Of a DNA stretch of 64,000 bases, positions 10,788 through 20,758 are shown piece after piece. Position numbers and translations under genes: made by a program. Under the pieces are notes generated by a model, which saw only the letters and a program-made list of their open reading frames with translations, ran no database searches and was not told where the DNA came from. Position 1 is the stretch's first letter. Each line of letters begins with the position of its first letter. This stretch comes from Chloroflexota bacterium (lineage in GTDB: Bacteria; Chloroflexota; UBA11872; VXOZ01), in contig JAAXIC010000014.1 of the NCBI GenBank assembly GCA_012270555.1, forward strand, positions 1,200 through 65,199, given 5' to 3'.

Positions 10788-11168
10788 CTACCTGACCTCG
10801 AATTCCTCAGTCCACGAGATCTGGCCCTCTTCGGCCACTGCCGTAACCATGACAGTGTATGTGCCAGGCTCTAGTGTTTCGGGGACCGTCCACGTCCAGC
10901 GCACAAAACCGTCCGTCCCCGCCGTCTGGGCCGTGAACTCCTCAATTGCAATCGTCTCTTCGCCCCGCATGAGCGCGGGCGTAACTTCGGCCCCTTCCTT
11001 CGAGGCAGCGTGGAGGATAGCCTCGCTCCCACGGTGCACGATCTCAGAGTACGTGAGGATGCGCAGGGGGATGAACTGCGCTTCTTCAGGGGGTTTTTCT
11101 CCGATGCCGAGCTGGCACGCGCTGAGAAGCGTACCGCCAGCCACTACCAAGAAGGCTCGTCTTCGCAT
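10788..11168 (-). CDS. Small lipoprotein with an Ig-like beta-sandwich fold
   Basis: MRRRAFLVVAGGTLLSAC (Tat-like RR plus lipobox); WTWTVP..PGTYTV; GGAGG RBS. Confidence 0.6.
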   Translation of the reverse strand: MRRRAFLVVAGGTLLSACQLGIGEKPPEEAQFIPLRILTYSEIVHRGSEAILHAASKEGAEVTPALMRGEETIAIEEFTAQTAGTDGFVRWTWTVPETLEPGTYTVMVTAVAEEGQISWTEEFEVR

Positions 11169-11229
11169 TACTTTCCTCCGCTCATTGGCACTCAAGTTCA
11201 CGCGCTCTCGCGTGCGACAGTCATCACTC

Positions 11230-12261
11230 CTATCCGTCGCGCAGGCGGATCGGTCTTCCTACTTCTATGGACTGATATGCCGCCAGGATAGCTTCCACCC
11301 CGGCGCGACCGTCTTCCCCTGTGACCAACGGAGAGCGTCCGGCGATAATTGCCTCGCAAAAATCCTTAAGCAAATAGTAATTCATTGACTCCGATGTATC
11401 AATCGAGGAGATGGCGCCGCTCTTCGATTCGGTGCGCACGAGGGCTTGTCCCGTGATTTCAAACTCGATCATGCCCCGGGAACCGAGCAGCCGCAGGTAG
11501 ACGTTGCCCCACTTCGACCAGTTCTCCGGCCGGTTCCACGAAGGGTCGGTGGAGGCAATGATGCCGCCCTCAAATTCCTCGACGAGGATCGCCACGTCGT
11601 CCACGGCGATGTGCGGCCGCTTGAGCGTGTCGCCCTCGGCGTAGACCTCCACCACCTCCTTGCCCGTAAACCAGCGCATCAAGTCGGTGACGTGCACGAT
11701 GTGATCGCGGATCGTGCCGCCGCCGGAGCGCTGTGGATCGATAAACCACCCTTCCGTAAACGGTCGCAAGTGATTTGTGCCGTGCATGGCGAGTATGTCG
11801 CCAATTTCACCATTGTCCACGCGCTGCTTCGCTTGCCAAGCAACGGGCGCAAAGCGGCAGGGATACGCCGTACCTAAGTATACGCCGGCCTCGCGGCAGG
11901 CGGCGATCATGGCATCCGCTTCTTCCAGCGTGATGGAGAGCGGCTTTTCGCAGAGCACGTGCTTACCGGCGTGCGCGGCGTCGATAGTCATCTGCGCATG
12001 ATCGGCGTTTGCGGAGCAGATAGAGACCGCCTCGACCTCGTCAAGCTCCAATAATTCGTGGTAATCGGAGAACACTTTCACTGCCGGGGCTTCCGGATGC
12101 GCGGCGAGCATCGCGTGCATGCGGTCGAGTTGCGCGGGAATTGGGTCCGCCGCGGCGACAAGCTGGGCGGACGGCAACTCCAGCAGTGCCGAGACGTAGC
12201 CGTTTTGATGGCCGTGGTCGAACGAAATGGCGCCAATGTTCATTGTGCGGGTCGCGCTCAT
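11230..12261 (-). CDS. Gfo/Idh/MocA family oxidoreductase
   Basis: GKHVLCEKPL, WFIDPQRSGGG, DHIVHVTD. Confidence 0.9.
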   Translation of the reverse strand: MSATRTMNIGAISFDHGHQNGYVSALLELPSAQLVAAADPIPAQLDRMHAMLAAHPEAPAVKVFSDYHELLELDEVEAVSICSANADHAQMTIDAAHAGKHVLCEKPLSITLEEADAMIAACREAGVYLGTAYPCRFAPVAWQAKQRVDNGEIGDILAMHGTNHLRPFTEGWFIDPQRSGGGTIRDHIVHVTDLMRWFTGKEVVEVYAEGDTLKRPHIAVDDVAILVEEFEGGIIASTDPSWNRPENWSKWGNVYLRLLGSRGMIEFEITGQALVRTESKSGAISSIDTSESMNYYLLKDFCEAIIAGRSPLVTGEDGRAGVEAILAAYQSIEVGRPIRLRDG

Positions 12262-13157
12262 ATCGCCACCACCTCGTTACGTTCGATGCTCTCCATGGCC
12301 GCCCAGTAGGCGCGGAGCGCAGGCAGAGGGTCCGGGAGCCCGAGAGCCGACTCTGCTTCCGCTTCCCACGACCGCAGGTAAGCGTCTGCCATCTTCTCGT
12401 ACGGTGTGCGGTGATACGCTTCCGCGAGCGCGATGCCGCTTTCGGATGCCATCCAGAAACTGCGGGCGTTGGAATCGTACTCCACCATACCTTCGCGTCC
12501 CGTTATCTCGATGACTTCTTTGCTGTAGTTGCTGGGATAGGCCGCGCTCATTTCGCCGTAGAAGATAGCGCTATTCACGTAGCGTCCATTGCAGAAGACC
12601 GTGTCCGTATCGGACGACTTCAGGGCCGCGGCGCGCGCATAGATGCGCTGGAGAGGGCCTCCCAGCAAGATGAGGGACTCCACAAGCTGAAACAGGCTCT
12701 GCTGCCACGCCTGGGCGGGAGGGAAGACGCGGATATTGCGCACGGTGATAGTGTCGCCGATTCCCGCCCGCGCGGACTGCGCGGCGGATTCGTACTTGTG
12801 AGTGTAATGGACAGGCAATGCCACACGCATGGCGCCGCCGGCCGCCGCCAGAATCGCCTCCGCGTTCGCGTACGAATCCCCGAAGGGCGGATGGATGAGC
12901 GCGCGACAACCGCTTTCCAAGGCGCGGCGCGCGGTAACGGCCCGTGCCGCGCAATCGCCGGCAATGTCCGCGATACCGCCGCTCGCATCCGGCCACTCAT
13001 GGGCCACCGGCACGCCCAGGAACGTGTTCCGGCCTTCTTCAGCACCCTCGGGCTTGAGGATAGCGATGGACTCCGCAGGCAGAAGCCGCTTGTAGGCTTC
13101 CAGGCGTTCGGCGAGGTTTTCCGCGCCGATGAGGAGAACAGAATTCATACCCATCAC
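12258..13157 (-). CDS. Divergent Gfo/Idh/MocA-like protein
   Basis: C-terminal half (IEITGREGMVEYDS..AAMESIER) is GFO-like, but HPP replaces EKP; 4-nt overlap with the downstream GFO gene. Confidence 0.55.
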   Translation of the reverse strand: MMGMNSVLLIGAENLAERLEAYKRLLPAESIAILKPEGAEEGRNTFLGVPVAHEWPDASGGIADIAGDCAARAVTARRALESGCRALIHPPFGDSYANAEAILAAAGGAMRVALPVHYTHKYESAAQSARAGIGDTITVRNIRVFPPAQAWQQSLFQLVESLILLGGPLQRIYARAAALKSSDTDTVFCNGRYVNSAIFYGEMSAAYPSNYSKEVIEITGREGMVEYDSNARSFWMASESGIALAEAYHRTPYEKMADAYLRSWEAEAESALGLPDPLPALRAYWAAMESIERNEVVAI

Positions 13158-13280
13158 TTGCTACTCTTTGGTCTGGATTGCGGCCTTCACCGGAACAACC
13201 ACGATCTTGCGCAGGCCGCGCAAGGAGATGTAAACGGTGCTCGGCTTTCTATTATCATTGCAATTAAGCTTTCCTGTGGC

Positions 13281-13308
13281 CTGGATTCCGGCGTTCGCCG
13301 GAATGACG
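13281..13308. repeat. Palindromic repeat, family C (CTGGATTCCGGC..GCCGGAATGACG)
   Basis: Near-identical reverse-complement copy at 43116-43143. Confidence 0.75.
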
Positions 13309-13326
13309 CAGCCGTGCGGCTCGGTC

Positions 13327-16314
13327 TCATGTCGGCAGCCAGCCGCGCTGGGCGGCGAATAGCAGACTTACCGTCAGAGTCGCCTCCGGATGCTTGCCGT
13401 CGAGCACTTCTTGCAGCAGGTCTCCTGCGGGCACGAGTTCAACCTGAATAATCTCGAATGCGTCAGGCTTGGGAGCATGATAGTCAAGATCGGTGGCAAA
13501 GTAAAGACGCATCATCATTGGCAGTAAGGGGGTGCTGGGATGATAGGTGCCCAACGGTCGTATCTGTCCGGCGCGGTAGCCGGTCTCTTCCTCTAGCTCA
13601 CGCAGGGCGCCGGAGGCGGGATCTTCACCCGGGTCGAGCGCGCCGGCCGGCACTTCGAGCGTGGTGCGGCGCAAGGGATGCCGGTATTGCCGCACCAGCA
13701 CGGCTTCGCCGGCGTCGGTCAGCGCCAAAACCGCAACCGCGTCCCGGCGGATGTCCAGGTAGGTGTAGAGCATGCGCCGGCCGTCAACGTCCGCCTCCAG
13801 CAAGTCCTCACGCACCGGGAAGCGGCCGCTATAGGCGACTTTGGATTCAACTGTTTTCCAACCCAAAGGAGGGTGGGAGTCGTCTTGTGTTTCCTTACTC
13901 AACTCACGGTCTTTCTCACCTGAAAGAACGTCGAATGTAGCAGAACTCAAGGCAGTGTTGGTCGAGAGTTGGCGCAATCGCAGCCGCACCAGCCGCAATT
14001 CCTCGTAGGAGTAATCGTCACCTAGGCGCTCTTTGACGGGCTTGAGCAGGTCGTCACTCTCAGCGCGAAAAGCGTCCATGATGCGCGCGTACCGGTCCGT
14101 TGGCGGGAGCAGGTGTGTCAGGTCGAGGGCCTCATCCGTCTCAATGATGCGCTCCAAGTGCGCAATTACCGTGCCGACTGAAAGACCGCGCTGCGCGGCC
14201 ATCTCCGCCATGCTCAAGCCGTGCCGCGCCAATTCCAGGGTACGCGTCTCGGTTTCGCTGAGCGACAGATGGTAATCGGGAGCGATCCCCGCTTGGCGCA
14301 GCCGCGATGCGATTGCACCCGGTCGGCGGCCCAGTGCCGACGCGATCTCCGGTAGTGAGCGCCCGGCCTGGAACAGACTGACAAGCCGCTCGTCCTCCTC
14401 CGGTTCCCATTGCGCGTAGGCGCGCGGATGTGAATTGCGGATCTGTGCAAAGGATGCACCGTTTGCCGCATGTTCGCTCGTTGTAGATGGGTTGGAAGAG
14501 CCGACGCCGCGCTCTGCCGCATGCTCGCGAATCACGGCGAGGAACCGGTCGCCGAACTGGTCAAGCTTAGTATTGCCCACGCCCTTGATTTGGAGCAGCG
14601 ATTCGTGATCGGTTGGGAAGTAAATAGCCATCTGCCGCAGCGACTCATCGGAGAAGACGACGTACGCTGGCACCTTCAACGCTGTAGCGATTTCTTGACG
14701 CAGAGCGCGCAGTTTTGCAAAGAGAACGGTGTCGGGTTCCCCGGCTGCGTTTGCGTGCGGCGGCGCTTGTCGGACGAGTGACAGGGATTCACGCTTCTTG
14801 AGGAAGGCTCTGCCTTTGGTGGTGACGTACAGCGTCGGATACTCGCCGCTCGTTCTGCGCGCCAGCAGCCCTTTCTCAATAAGCTGGTCGATAACATCCT
14901 GCAAATCGTCCTTCGCTACAGCGCGTGCGAGGCCGTGGACTGGCAGCGTGTCGTGGCGGAATTGCCGCACGCGCCGCGCTTGGCTGCCGCGCAGCACGTC
15001 GACGACGTGGTTGACCCCAAATCGTTCCCCTGTCCGTATCACGGTCGACAGGACCTTCTGCGCGATTTCAGTGCCGTCGTAAGTATGCGCGGTGTCCTGT
15101 TCGTCCGGTTGCGCCGATGCGGCCAGGCATACGTCGCACGCGCCGCAGTTCTCTGCCTGCCACTCCTCGCCAAAGTAGCTGAGCAGGAACTTTCTGCGGC
15201 AGGTTCTTGCTTCGCCGTAAGCGACCATCTGCGCAAGCTTTTCTTCGGCGTGGGCGCGCTCTGCGTCATCCTCGACCTGGTTGATGAAGTATTCCTGGTT
15301 TATCTTGTCGCCGTAAGAGTAGAAAAGCACGCACGCGCTGGGGTTGCCGTCGCGTCCGGCGCGGCCGGTTTCCTGGTAGTAGCCCTCGATGGTCTTGGGC
15401 AGGTCGTAGTGCACGACCAAGCGGACGTTTGGCTTATCCACGCCCATCCCGAAGGCGATGGTCGCCACGATGATCGGTACGTCATCCCGCAGAAATCGCT
15501 CCTGGGTTACCCACCGCTCCTCGTCTTCCAGTCCCGCGTGGTACGGCAGGACGTTGAAGCCGCGTTCACAGAGTTCGGCGGCAAGGTTTTCGGTATTCTG
15601 CCGCGAAAAGCGATAGATAATGGCGGAACCGCCGTGAAGTTCGCGCAGCAGTGCAATCAGTGTTTCGAGGCTCCGCCGCTTGGGCCTGACACGATACGTC
15701 AGGTTCGGGCGATTGAAGCTGGCGATGAACTGGGCGGCATGGGTCATGCCCAGTTGAGCGAGGATGTCTTGCCGCACGCGCTCCGTCGCGGTGGCCGTGA
15801 GCGCAATCACCGGCACTGTGGGGAAGTTGTCGCGCAGCACCCGCAGTTCTCGATAGTCGGGGCGGAAGTCGTGTCCCCACTCGGAGATGCAGTGGGCCTC
15901 GTCGATGGCGATGAGGCTAAGTTTCAGGGCATGCAGGAAGTCGCGGAACTGCGGCGTCGCCACGCGCTCCGGCGCCACGTACAGGATGTCGAGATGACCT
16001 TTGTAGGCTGCCACCTGCACGCGCCGTGCTTCTGCAGGGCTCATGCCGCTATGGATGCAGTCGGCGGCGATGCCCCGCGCTTTCAAGCCGTCCACTTGGT
16101 CCTTCATCAGCGCAATCAGCGGCGAAATGACGAGCGTCACGCCGTCCAGGCAGAGGGCCGGCAGTTGATAACACAATGACTTGCCGCTGCCAGTGGGCAT
16201 GAGTACCAGTGAATCCTTGCCAGCCAGAACATTGCTAATGACTTCTTCCTGCAAGGGTAAGAAGCTATCGTGCCCAAACGTTGACTTCAGGATGTCGGTA
16301 AGATCGCGTGTCAC
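13327..16314 (-). CDS. recQ: DNA helicase RecQ with HRDC and HTH modules and a C-terminal Nudix hydrolase domain
   Basis: MPTGSGKSLCYQLP, IDEAHCISEWGHDFRP, YYQETGRAGRDG, Zn-binding Cys, HRDC (PAYVVFSD); Nudix box GALDPGEDPASGALRELEEETGY. Confidence 0.9.
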   Translation of the reverse strand: MTRDLTDILKSTFGHDSFLPLQEEVISNVLAGKDSLVLMPTGSGKSLCYQLPALCLDGVTLVISPLIALMKDQVDGLKARGIAADCIHSGMSPAEARRVQVAAYKGHLDILYVAPERVATPQFRDFLHALKLSLIAIDEAHCISEWGHDFRPDYRELRVLRDNFPTVPVIALTATATERVRQDILAQLGMTHAAQFIASFNRPNLTYRVRPKRRSLETLIALLRELHGGSAIIYRFSRQNTENLAAELCERGFNVLPYHAGLEDEERWVTQERFLRDDVPIIVATIAFGMGVDKPNVRLVVHYDLPKTIEGYYQETGRAGRDGNPSACVLFYSYGDKINQEYFINQVEDDAERAHAEEKLAQMVAYGEARTCRRKFLLSYFGEEWQAENCGACDVCLAASAQPDEQDTAHTYDGTEIAQKVLSTVIRTGERFGVNHVVDVLRGSQARRVRQFRHDTLPVHGLARAVAKDDLQDVIDQLIEKGLLARRTSGEYPTLYVTTKGRAFLKKRESLSLVRQAPPHANAAGEPDTVLFAKLRALRQEIATALKVPAYVVFSDESLRQMAIYFPTDHESLLQIKGVGNTKLDQFGDRFLAVIREHAAERGVGSSNPSTTSEHAANGASFAQIRNSHPRAYAQWEPEEDERLVSLFQAGRSLPEIASALGRRPGAIASRLRQAGIAPDYHLSLSETETRTLELARHGLSMAEMAAQRGLSVGTVIAHLERIIETDEALDLTHLLPPTDRYARIMDAFRAESDDLLKPVKERLGDDYSYEELRLVRLRLRQLSTNTALSSATFDVLSGEKDRELSKETQDDSHPPLGWKTVESKVAYSGRFPVREDLLEADVDGRRMLYTYLDIRRDAVAVLALTDAGEAVLVRQYRHPLRRTTLEVPAGALDPGEDPASGALRELEEETGYRAGQIRPLGTYHPSTPLLPMMMRLYFATDLDYHAPKPDAFEIIQVELVPAGDLLQEVLDGKHPEATLTVSLLFAAQRGWLPT

Positions 16315-16429
16315 GCTAAGCGTCCTTATGCGCTACCGGTATTGAGGAGCCTTCTTCTCTTCCTTAATCGTCTCGCTGCGCTTACCGTTACTAAGTAGCT
16401 TACCCGAGACCGTGTTTACTTTTGGCGCG

Positions 16430-16825
16430 AAGGGGGCAAGCCCCAATGTTGTCGCATGCGGGGGCAAAAGCCCCCACGGACAAAGTGGCAATGAATACCG
16501 CGCCTCACGTCCCCGGTAGCGCAGGTTTGCAACCCCGTATCGAGTACGGGTCAGGCTCTGCGCCTGCCTGTCGGCGCCTGCCATTTCCCCTCACCCCGGC
16601 CCTCTCCCCAGTGAGAGGGGGCAGAGCGCGCCCAATGAGCGTACCGTCCTAATCTTAATGCGACAGCATTGGGGACAAGCCCCCGCGCTACGGCTTGTTA
16701 GAACTCATCACATCAATACATTGCTCTGTGCAGAGATGCCCTTCGGCAGGCTCAGGGCGAGCGGAAAAGCGAACAATCCGCTCATGCTGAGTGGACTTCG
16801 CGAAGCCCTTGCCTGTCCTGAGCTT
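16430..16825. repeat. Composite intergenic repeat cluster (families A and B plus GTAG-type hairpins)
   Basis: GGGGCAAGCCCC, GTAGCGCAGGTTTGCAACC, CCCCGTATCGAGTACGGG, family A at 16587-16620, GGGGACAAGCCCCCGCGCTAC at 16671-16691, family B at 16738-16825. Confidence 0.75.
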
Positions 16826-16879
16826 GCCGAATGGTCGAAGCATGAGTTGGCACAGCGCGCTCTAGCCAAGGCCACGCGC

Positions 16880-17593
16880 TTATCGTTGCAAGAATTCATG
16901 GTTGTGCAACTCATGCAGCGAGCGAATGCGCGAAGGGTCTGTGTTGCCGCGTGCGGCGTGGCGATCGATGAGGACCGCGCGCATGCCGATGGCTTCAGCC
17001 GGTTTGATGTCAAGTTGGACGATATCACCGATGAAGAGTACGTGCTCGGGCGCCATGTCAGCCTGCTCGAGGGCCATTCTGAAGATTTGAACGTCCGGTT
17101 TTTCGATGCCGACACAGCCCGAGAGCACTTGCGTAGGGAAATAGCGGCTGATGCCCAGGTATTCGACAAGCTCTGCGCCCCAGGCCTCCCAATTGGAAAT
17201 CAGCGCCAGGGTATACTCTTCGCTCGCCAAGCGTTCCAACACCGGAATGACGTCCGGATACAGCCCGTAGCCCTGGGGTTGACTCAATTGGCCATAGATG
17301 CGCAGGACAATGTCTCTGCGCGCGGCAGACGCGATGCCTAGCTCGGCCAGCGCACTGTCGTAATAGTGAGTCCAGAAGGCGTAGGAGCGCTCATGGGTCA
17401 GCGTCCAGCCGCTATTGCTGGGATCTTCGAACTGGGGCGCGCGGCTGTCCAAAGCATTGGCAACCTCGTGATGAGGAAAAGGATGCCCAAAGTCCGCGAG
17501 CGTCTGCACGATTTGCTCGGCAACCGATGGATTGGCCGTAGTCAGCGTACCACCAAGATCGAAGAAGATGCCTTTTGACGTGTTCTGTGTCAT
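16880..17593 (-). CDS. HAD-IA family hydrolase (REG-2-like)
   Basis: IFFDLGGTL, ISNW, EKPD..IF, IGD..DI motifs; start taken at MTQN. Confidence 0.85.
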   Translation of the reverse strand: MTQNTSKGIFFDLGGTLTTANPSVAEQIVQTLADFGHPFPHHEVANALDSRAPQFEDPSNSGWTLTHERSYAFWTHYYDSALAELGIASAARRDIVLRIYGQLSQPQGYGLYPDVIPVLERLASEEYTLALISNWEAWGAELVEYLGISRYFPTQVLSGCVGIEKPDVQIFRMALEQADMAPEHVLFIGDIVQLDIKPAEAIGMRAVLIDRHAARGNTDPSRIRSLHELHNHEFLQR

Positions 17594-17888
17594 GGGTTTT
17601 TGCAGAGTGAAGGGAAGACCGAGGATTTCGGCGCGTTCTTGGGACTGGCTGTATTGTCCGTGGCTGTGGCGGGATGTGTCAACCAGTGCCCGTCGTGGCT
17701 CCAGATTCTTGCGACTGATGAGGCTAATGCGACCGTGATCGCGCAATTGAACCCTGAATGGTTTTTTGCGTATTCCAGCCGCGACTCGGTTTCCAGTCCT
17801 TACTCAGAGGATATGCTCTGGTCAGAGGCGCCGCCGCTCGTTAGAATCGAGTGTGTTACACACTGAGCCAGAGAAGAGGTGGAAACCT

Positions 17889-18452
17889 GTGGATGCTGAG
17901 CGAGACCGCCTGCGCCAGTTGCTGCAAGCGGAAGCGATAAAAATAGGGGACTTCGTACTCAGTTCCGGCCAGCGGGCGAATTATTACATCGATTGCCGTC
18001 TTGTCACGCTATGCGCGGAAGGCGCACACCTAACGGGGCAGGTGATGTTGCAGGCGTTGGGCGATCCCTTGCCAGACGCCGTTGCCGGCATGTCGGTCGC
18101 CGCGGACCCGGTGGTGACCGCCGTCGCGATTGCCAGTTTCACGGCAGGTACGCCGCTTGCCGCTCTCATCGTGCGCAGCCAGGCGAAAGAGCACGGCACC
18201 GGCAAGCAGGTGGAAGGCCCGCTGCGGCCAGGAATGCGGGTAGCGATCCTGGAGGATACGGTCACGACCGGCGGTTCTGTGTTGCGCGCGGCGGAGGCGG
18301 TCAAGGAAGCAGGAGGTGTGGTAACCGGCATATGGACGCTTGTGGATCGCTTGCAGGGCGGTGCAGCCGCTATTGCCGCGGCTGGCTACGCATACGGGCA
18401 CATATTTACGATTGAGGACCTAGGAGTTAAGCCAACGCTGCACAAGGATTGA
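17889..18452 (+). CDS. pyrE: Orotate phosphoribosyltransferase
   Basis: GDFVLSSG..YYID, KEHGT, PRPP motif ILEDTVTTGGS. Confidence 0.93.
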   Translation: MDAERDRLRQLLQAEAIKIGDFVLSSGQRANYYIDCRLVTLCAEGAHLTGQVMLQALGDPLPDAVAGMSVAADPVVTAVAIASFTAGTPLAALIVRSQAKEHGTGKQVEGPLRPGMRVAILEDTVTTGGSVLRAAEAVKEAGGVVTGIWTLVDRLQGGAAAIAAAGYAYGHIFTIEDLGVKPTLHKD

Positions 18453-18535
18453 CGTTTGGATTGCGCTTATACGAGTCCTGACCAGCATCATCTTTAGGTT
18501 TCTGTGTGTATTCCCGATCTCTGAAGAACGCTGTT

Positions 18536-18726
18536 TCCGTTCGTGCTGAGGGCTGCGCGCAGCCGGCTGCGCGCAGCCTGGGCTTTATGAAAGCCCCTGT
18601 CGAAGCATGAACGGAGGGAATAGGTTTGCGGAGTTGCTACCCGCTACCTCCGCCGTTCACCCTTCGACGATGCTCAGAGCCTGCCCCGTACTCGATACAG
18701 CGATCGAACGATACGGGGGCGAACGG
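18536..18726. repeat. Family B repeat cluster containing a tandemly duplicated 14-bp palindrome GGCTGCGCGCAGCC
   Basis: Identical palindromes at 18551-18564 and 18565-18578, inside GTTCGTGCTGAG...GTCGAAGCATGAACGG. Confidence 0.75.
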
Positions 18727-18834
18727 CTTGGTCACGCTATTCTTGGAGTAAGACAAGCCCAAATAGATTGGAATCATTGGGCAAAAGCAAGAACCAACTC
18801 GGGAGTATGTCTCCCAAGATCGAGGATTACGCGT

Positions 18835-20229
18835 GTGGATTTTGAGGACACCATCGCCGCCGTAGCCACGCCGCCGGGTGAAGGCGCAATCGGTATCGTG
18901 CGGCTGAGCGGCAGTCAGTCCCTTCCGATTGGCAAACGCTGCTTTCGGCGGCAGAAGCCCGGCAAGTGGCAGAGCCACCGGGCGTACGTCGGTCTCGTGT
19001 GCGATCCGGCCAACAACGAGCGTGTGGACCAGGCGCTTTGCACCTATATGCGGCGGCCGCACTCGTACACGGGTGAAGACGTGGTTGAGTTTTCCTGTCA
19101 CGGCAGCCCCGCCGTGCTGCGCTGGATGCTCGCCTTGCTCGTTGCGCAAGGCGCGCGCTTGGCCCGGCCTGGCGAGTTTACGCTGCGCGCCTTTCTCAAC
19201 GGCAAGCTCGATCTGGCCCAGGCTGAGGCGGTCATAGACGTGGTACGCGCCCGCTCGGGTAAGGGACTTTCGTTCGCGCTCGACCAATTGGATGGCCGCC
19301 TGTCACGTCACGTGCAGCAGTTGCGGCAAGAGGTGCTGGGGCTGCTGGCGCGTTTGGAAGCCAACATCGACTTCAGCGAGGACGACGTGCCCGCGGTCCC
19401 CGCACACGAGGTGGAAGCAACCCTCGCAGACATGCTCTCCGCCTTGGATCAACTGCTGGCAACAGCGCAGAGCGGCGCGCTGGTGCGTGACGGCGTACCT
19501 GCGGTACTCGTCGGACGCCCCAACGTCGGCAAGTCGAGCTTATTGAATGCGTTCTTATCCGCCGACCGGGCGATCGTAACGGACATCCCAGGAACGACGC
19601 GGGACGTGCTGGAAGAGACCGTTGACGTTGACGGCATACCGCTCGTGCTGGCGGATACGGCGGGCATAGCCGCCACGCAAGACGTGGTGGAGCAGCTTGG
19701 CGTCGAGCGCAGCCGGGCGTCGCTGGCTGCCGCCCGCTTGATAATTTTGGTCTTGGACAGCAGCATGCCGTTGCAACCGGCAGACCACGACGTGATTGCA
19801 GAAGTGAACAGCGCCCGCGCAGCAGATCCGGACCGGCGGACGATCATCGCCCTGAACAAGGCTGACAAGGCACGGGTCCTTTTCCCCAACGACGTGCAAC
19901 ACGTGCTCGATGGCACTCCGGTCGTGCAGACCTCGGCTGTTACCAACGACGGCCTGGAGGCGTTGTGCGCGGGTATCAGCGAAATACTTTTGCGGGGCGG
20001 GTTGCCGGCTGATAGTGCCGTGGTAACCTCGCTCCGCCATCAAGAGGTTTTGCAGGAAGCGCGCGCGGCGCTTATGGAGGCGCGCCAGGCCGCGGTTGAC
20101 GATCTTCCCGCGGACTTTGTCTGCATCGGTCTGCGGGCCGCGGTGAGTGCGTTCGGTGAGTTGACCGGCGAGAGCGCGACGGAAGATCTCCTCGACCGCA
20201 TCTTCGGCGAGTTCTGCATCGGAAAGTAG
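18835..20229 (+). CDS. mnmE: tRNA modification GTPase MnmE
   Basis: DTIAAVATPPGEGAIGIVRLSG, GRPNVGKSS, GTTRD, DTAG, NKAD, C-terminal FCIGK. Confidence 0.97.
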   Translation: MDFEDTIAAVATPPGEGAIGIVRLSGSQSLPIGKRCFRRQKPGKWQSHRAYVGLVCDPANNERVDQALCTYMRRPHSYTGEDVVEFSCHGSPAVLRWMLALLVAQGARLARPGEFTLRAFLNGKLDLAQAEAVIDVVRARSGKGLSFALDQLDGRLSRHVQQLRQEVLGLLARLEANIDFSEDDVPAVPAHEVEATLADMLSALDQLLATAQSGALVRDGVPAVLVGRPNVGKSSLLNAFLSADRAIVTDIPGTTRDVLEETVDVDGIPLVLADTAGIAATQDVVEQLGVERSRASLAAARLIILVLDSSMPLQPADHDVIAEVNSARAADPDRRTIIALNKADKARVLFPNDVQHVLDGTPVVQTSAVTNDGLEALCAGISEILLRGGLPADSAVVTSLRHQEVLQEARAALMEARQAAVDDLPADFVCIGLRAAVSAFGELTGESATEDLLDRIFGEFCIGK

Positions 20230-20242
20230 ATGAAAAGCGCGC

Positions 20243-20734
20243 TCAGGGTTCCTGTCGGCGCTCTTCACGGGAAGTGTTGTTGCGGTTTCGCCACTGCTGC
20301 ACGACATTCCAGGCCAAAAGGGCGCTCGCGCCGCCGATGACGTCCACCGCCACATCCTGCCAGGTGGCGCTTCTTCCCGGTACGAAAGACTGGTGAAACT
20401 CATCGCTGAGGGCATAGACAATGACAATGATGAGCGCCAGGGGCTGAATCTTTGGATGGGGAAAGCGCGAGTAGATCGCGCGGTACCAGAGCACCGCCAG
20501 CACGGCGTATTCCACAAAATGTGCGCCATACTTCACCAGCGAGTCGAGGAGGCTATGCGTGAGGGACGGCAGCGTGGGTTGTGCGGAACCGTAGTAGATG
20601 AGGGCCATCCAGAGAAGTGGAGGCAGCCAGTAGAAGAGAAAGCTGCGTATATGGGAGGGTTTCACAGGATGGGCTATTGTCCAAACACTAGAGCGCACAC
20701 AATTCAACACGCCAGACGCCGTCCTGTGGGTCAA
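20243..20734 (-). CDS. VanZ family membrane protein (start uncertain)
   Basis: AHFVEYAVL and YALSDEFHQSFVPGR..DV..D motifs. Confidence 0.85.
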   Translation of the reverse strand: MTHRTASGVLNCVRSSVWTIAHPVKPSHIRSFLFYWLPPLLWMALIYYGSAQPTLPSLTHSLLDSLVKYGAHFVEYAVLAVLWYRAIYSRFPHPKIQPLALIIVIVYALSDEFHQSFVPGRSATWQDVAVDVIGGASALLAWNVVQQWRNRNNTSREERRQEP

Positions 20735-20758
20735 CCTCCAAGAGCCTGGGAGATTTTC

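Noticed and set aside
9952-16179. Long + strand ORFs (9952-11388, 12141-13451, 14935-16179) and similar shadow ORFs elsewhere
   Set aside because: Antisense to well-supported genes, with no motifs; expected in high-GC DNA
18607-18834. N-terminal extension of MnmE
   Set aside because: Runs through a repeat cluster; homology starts at DTIAA
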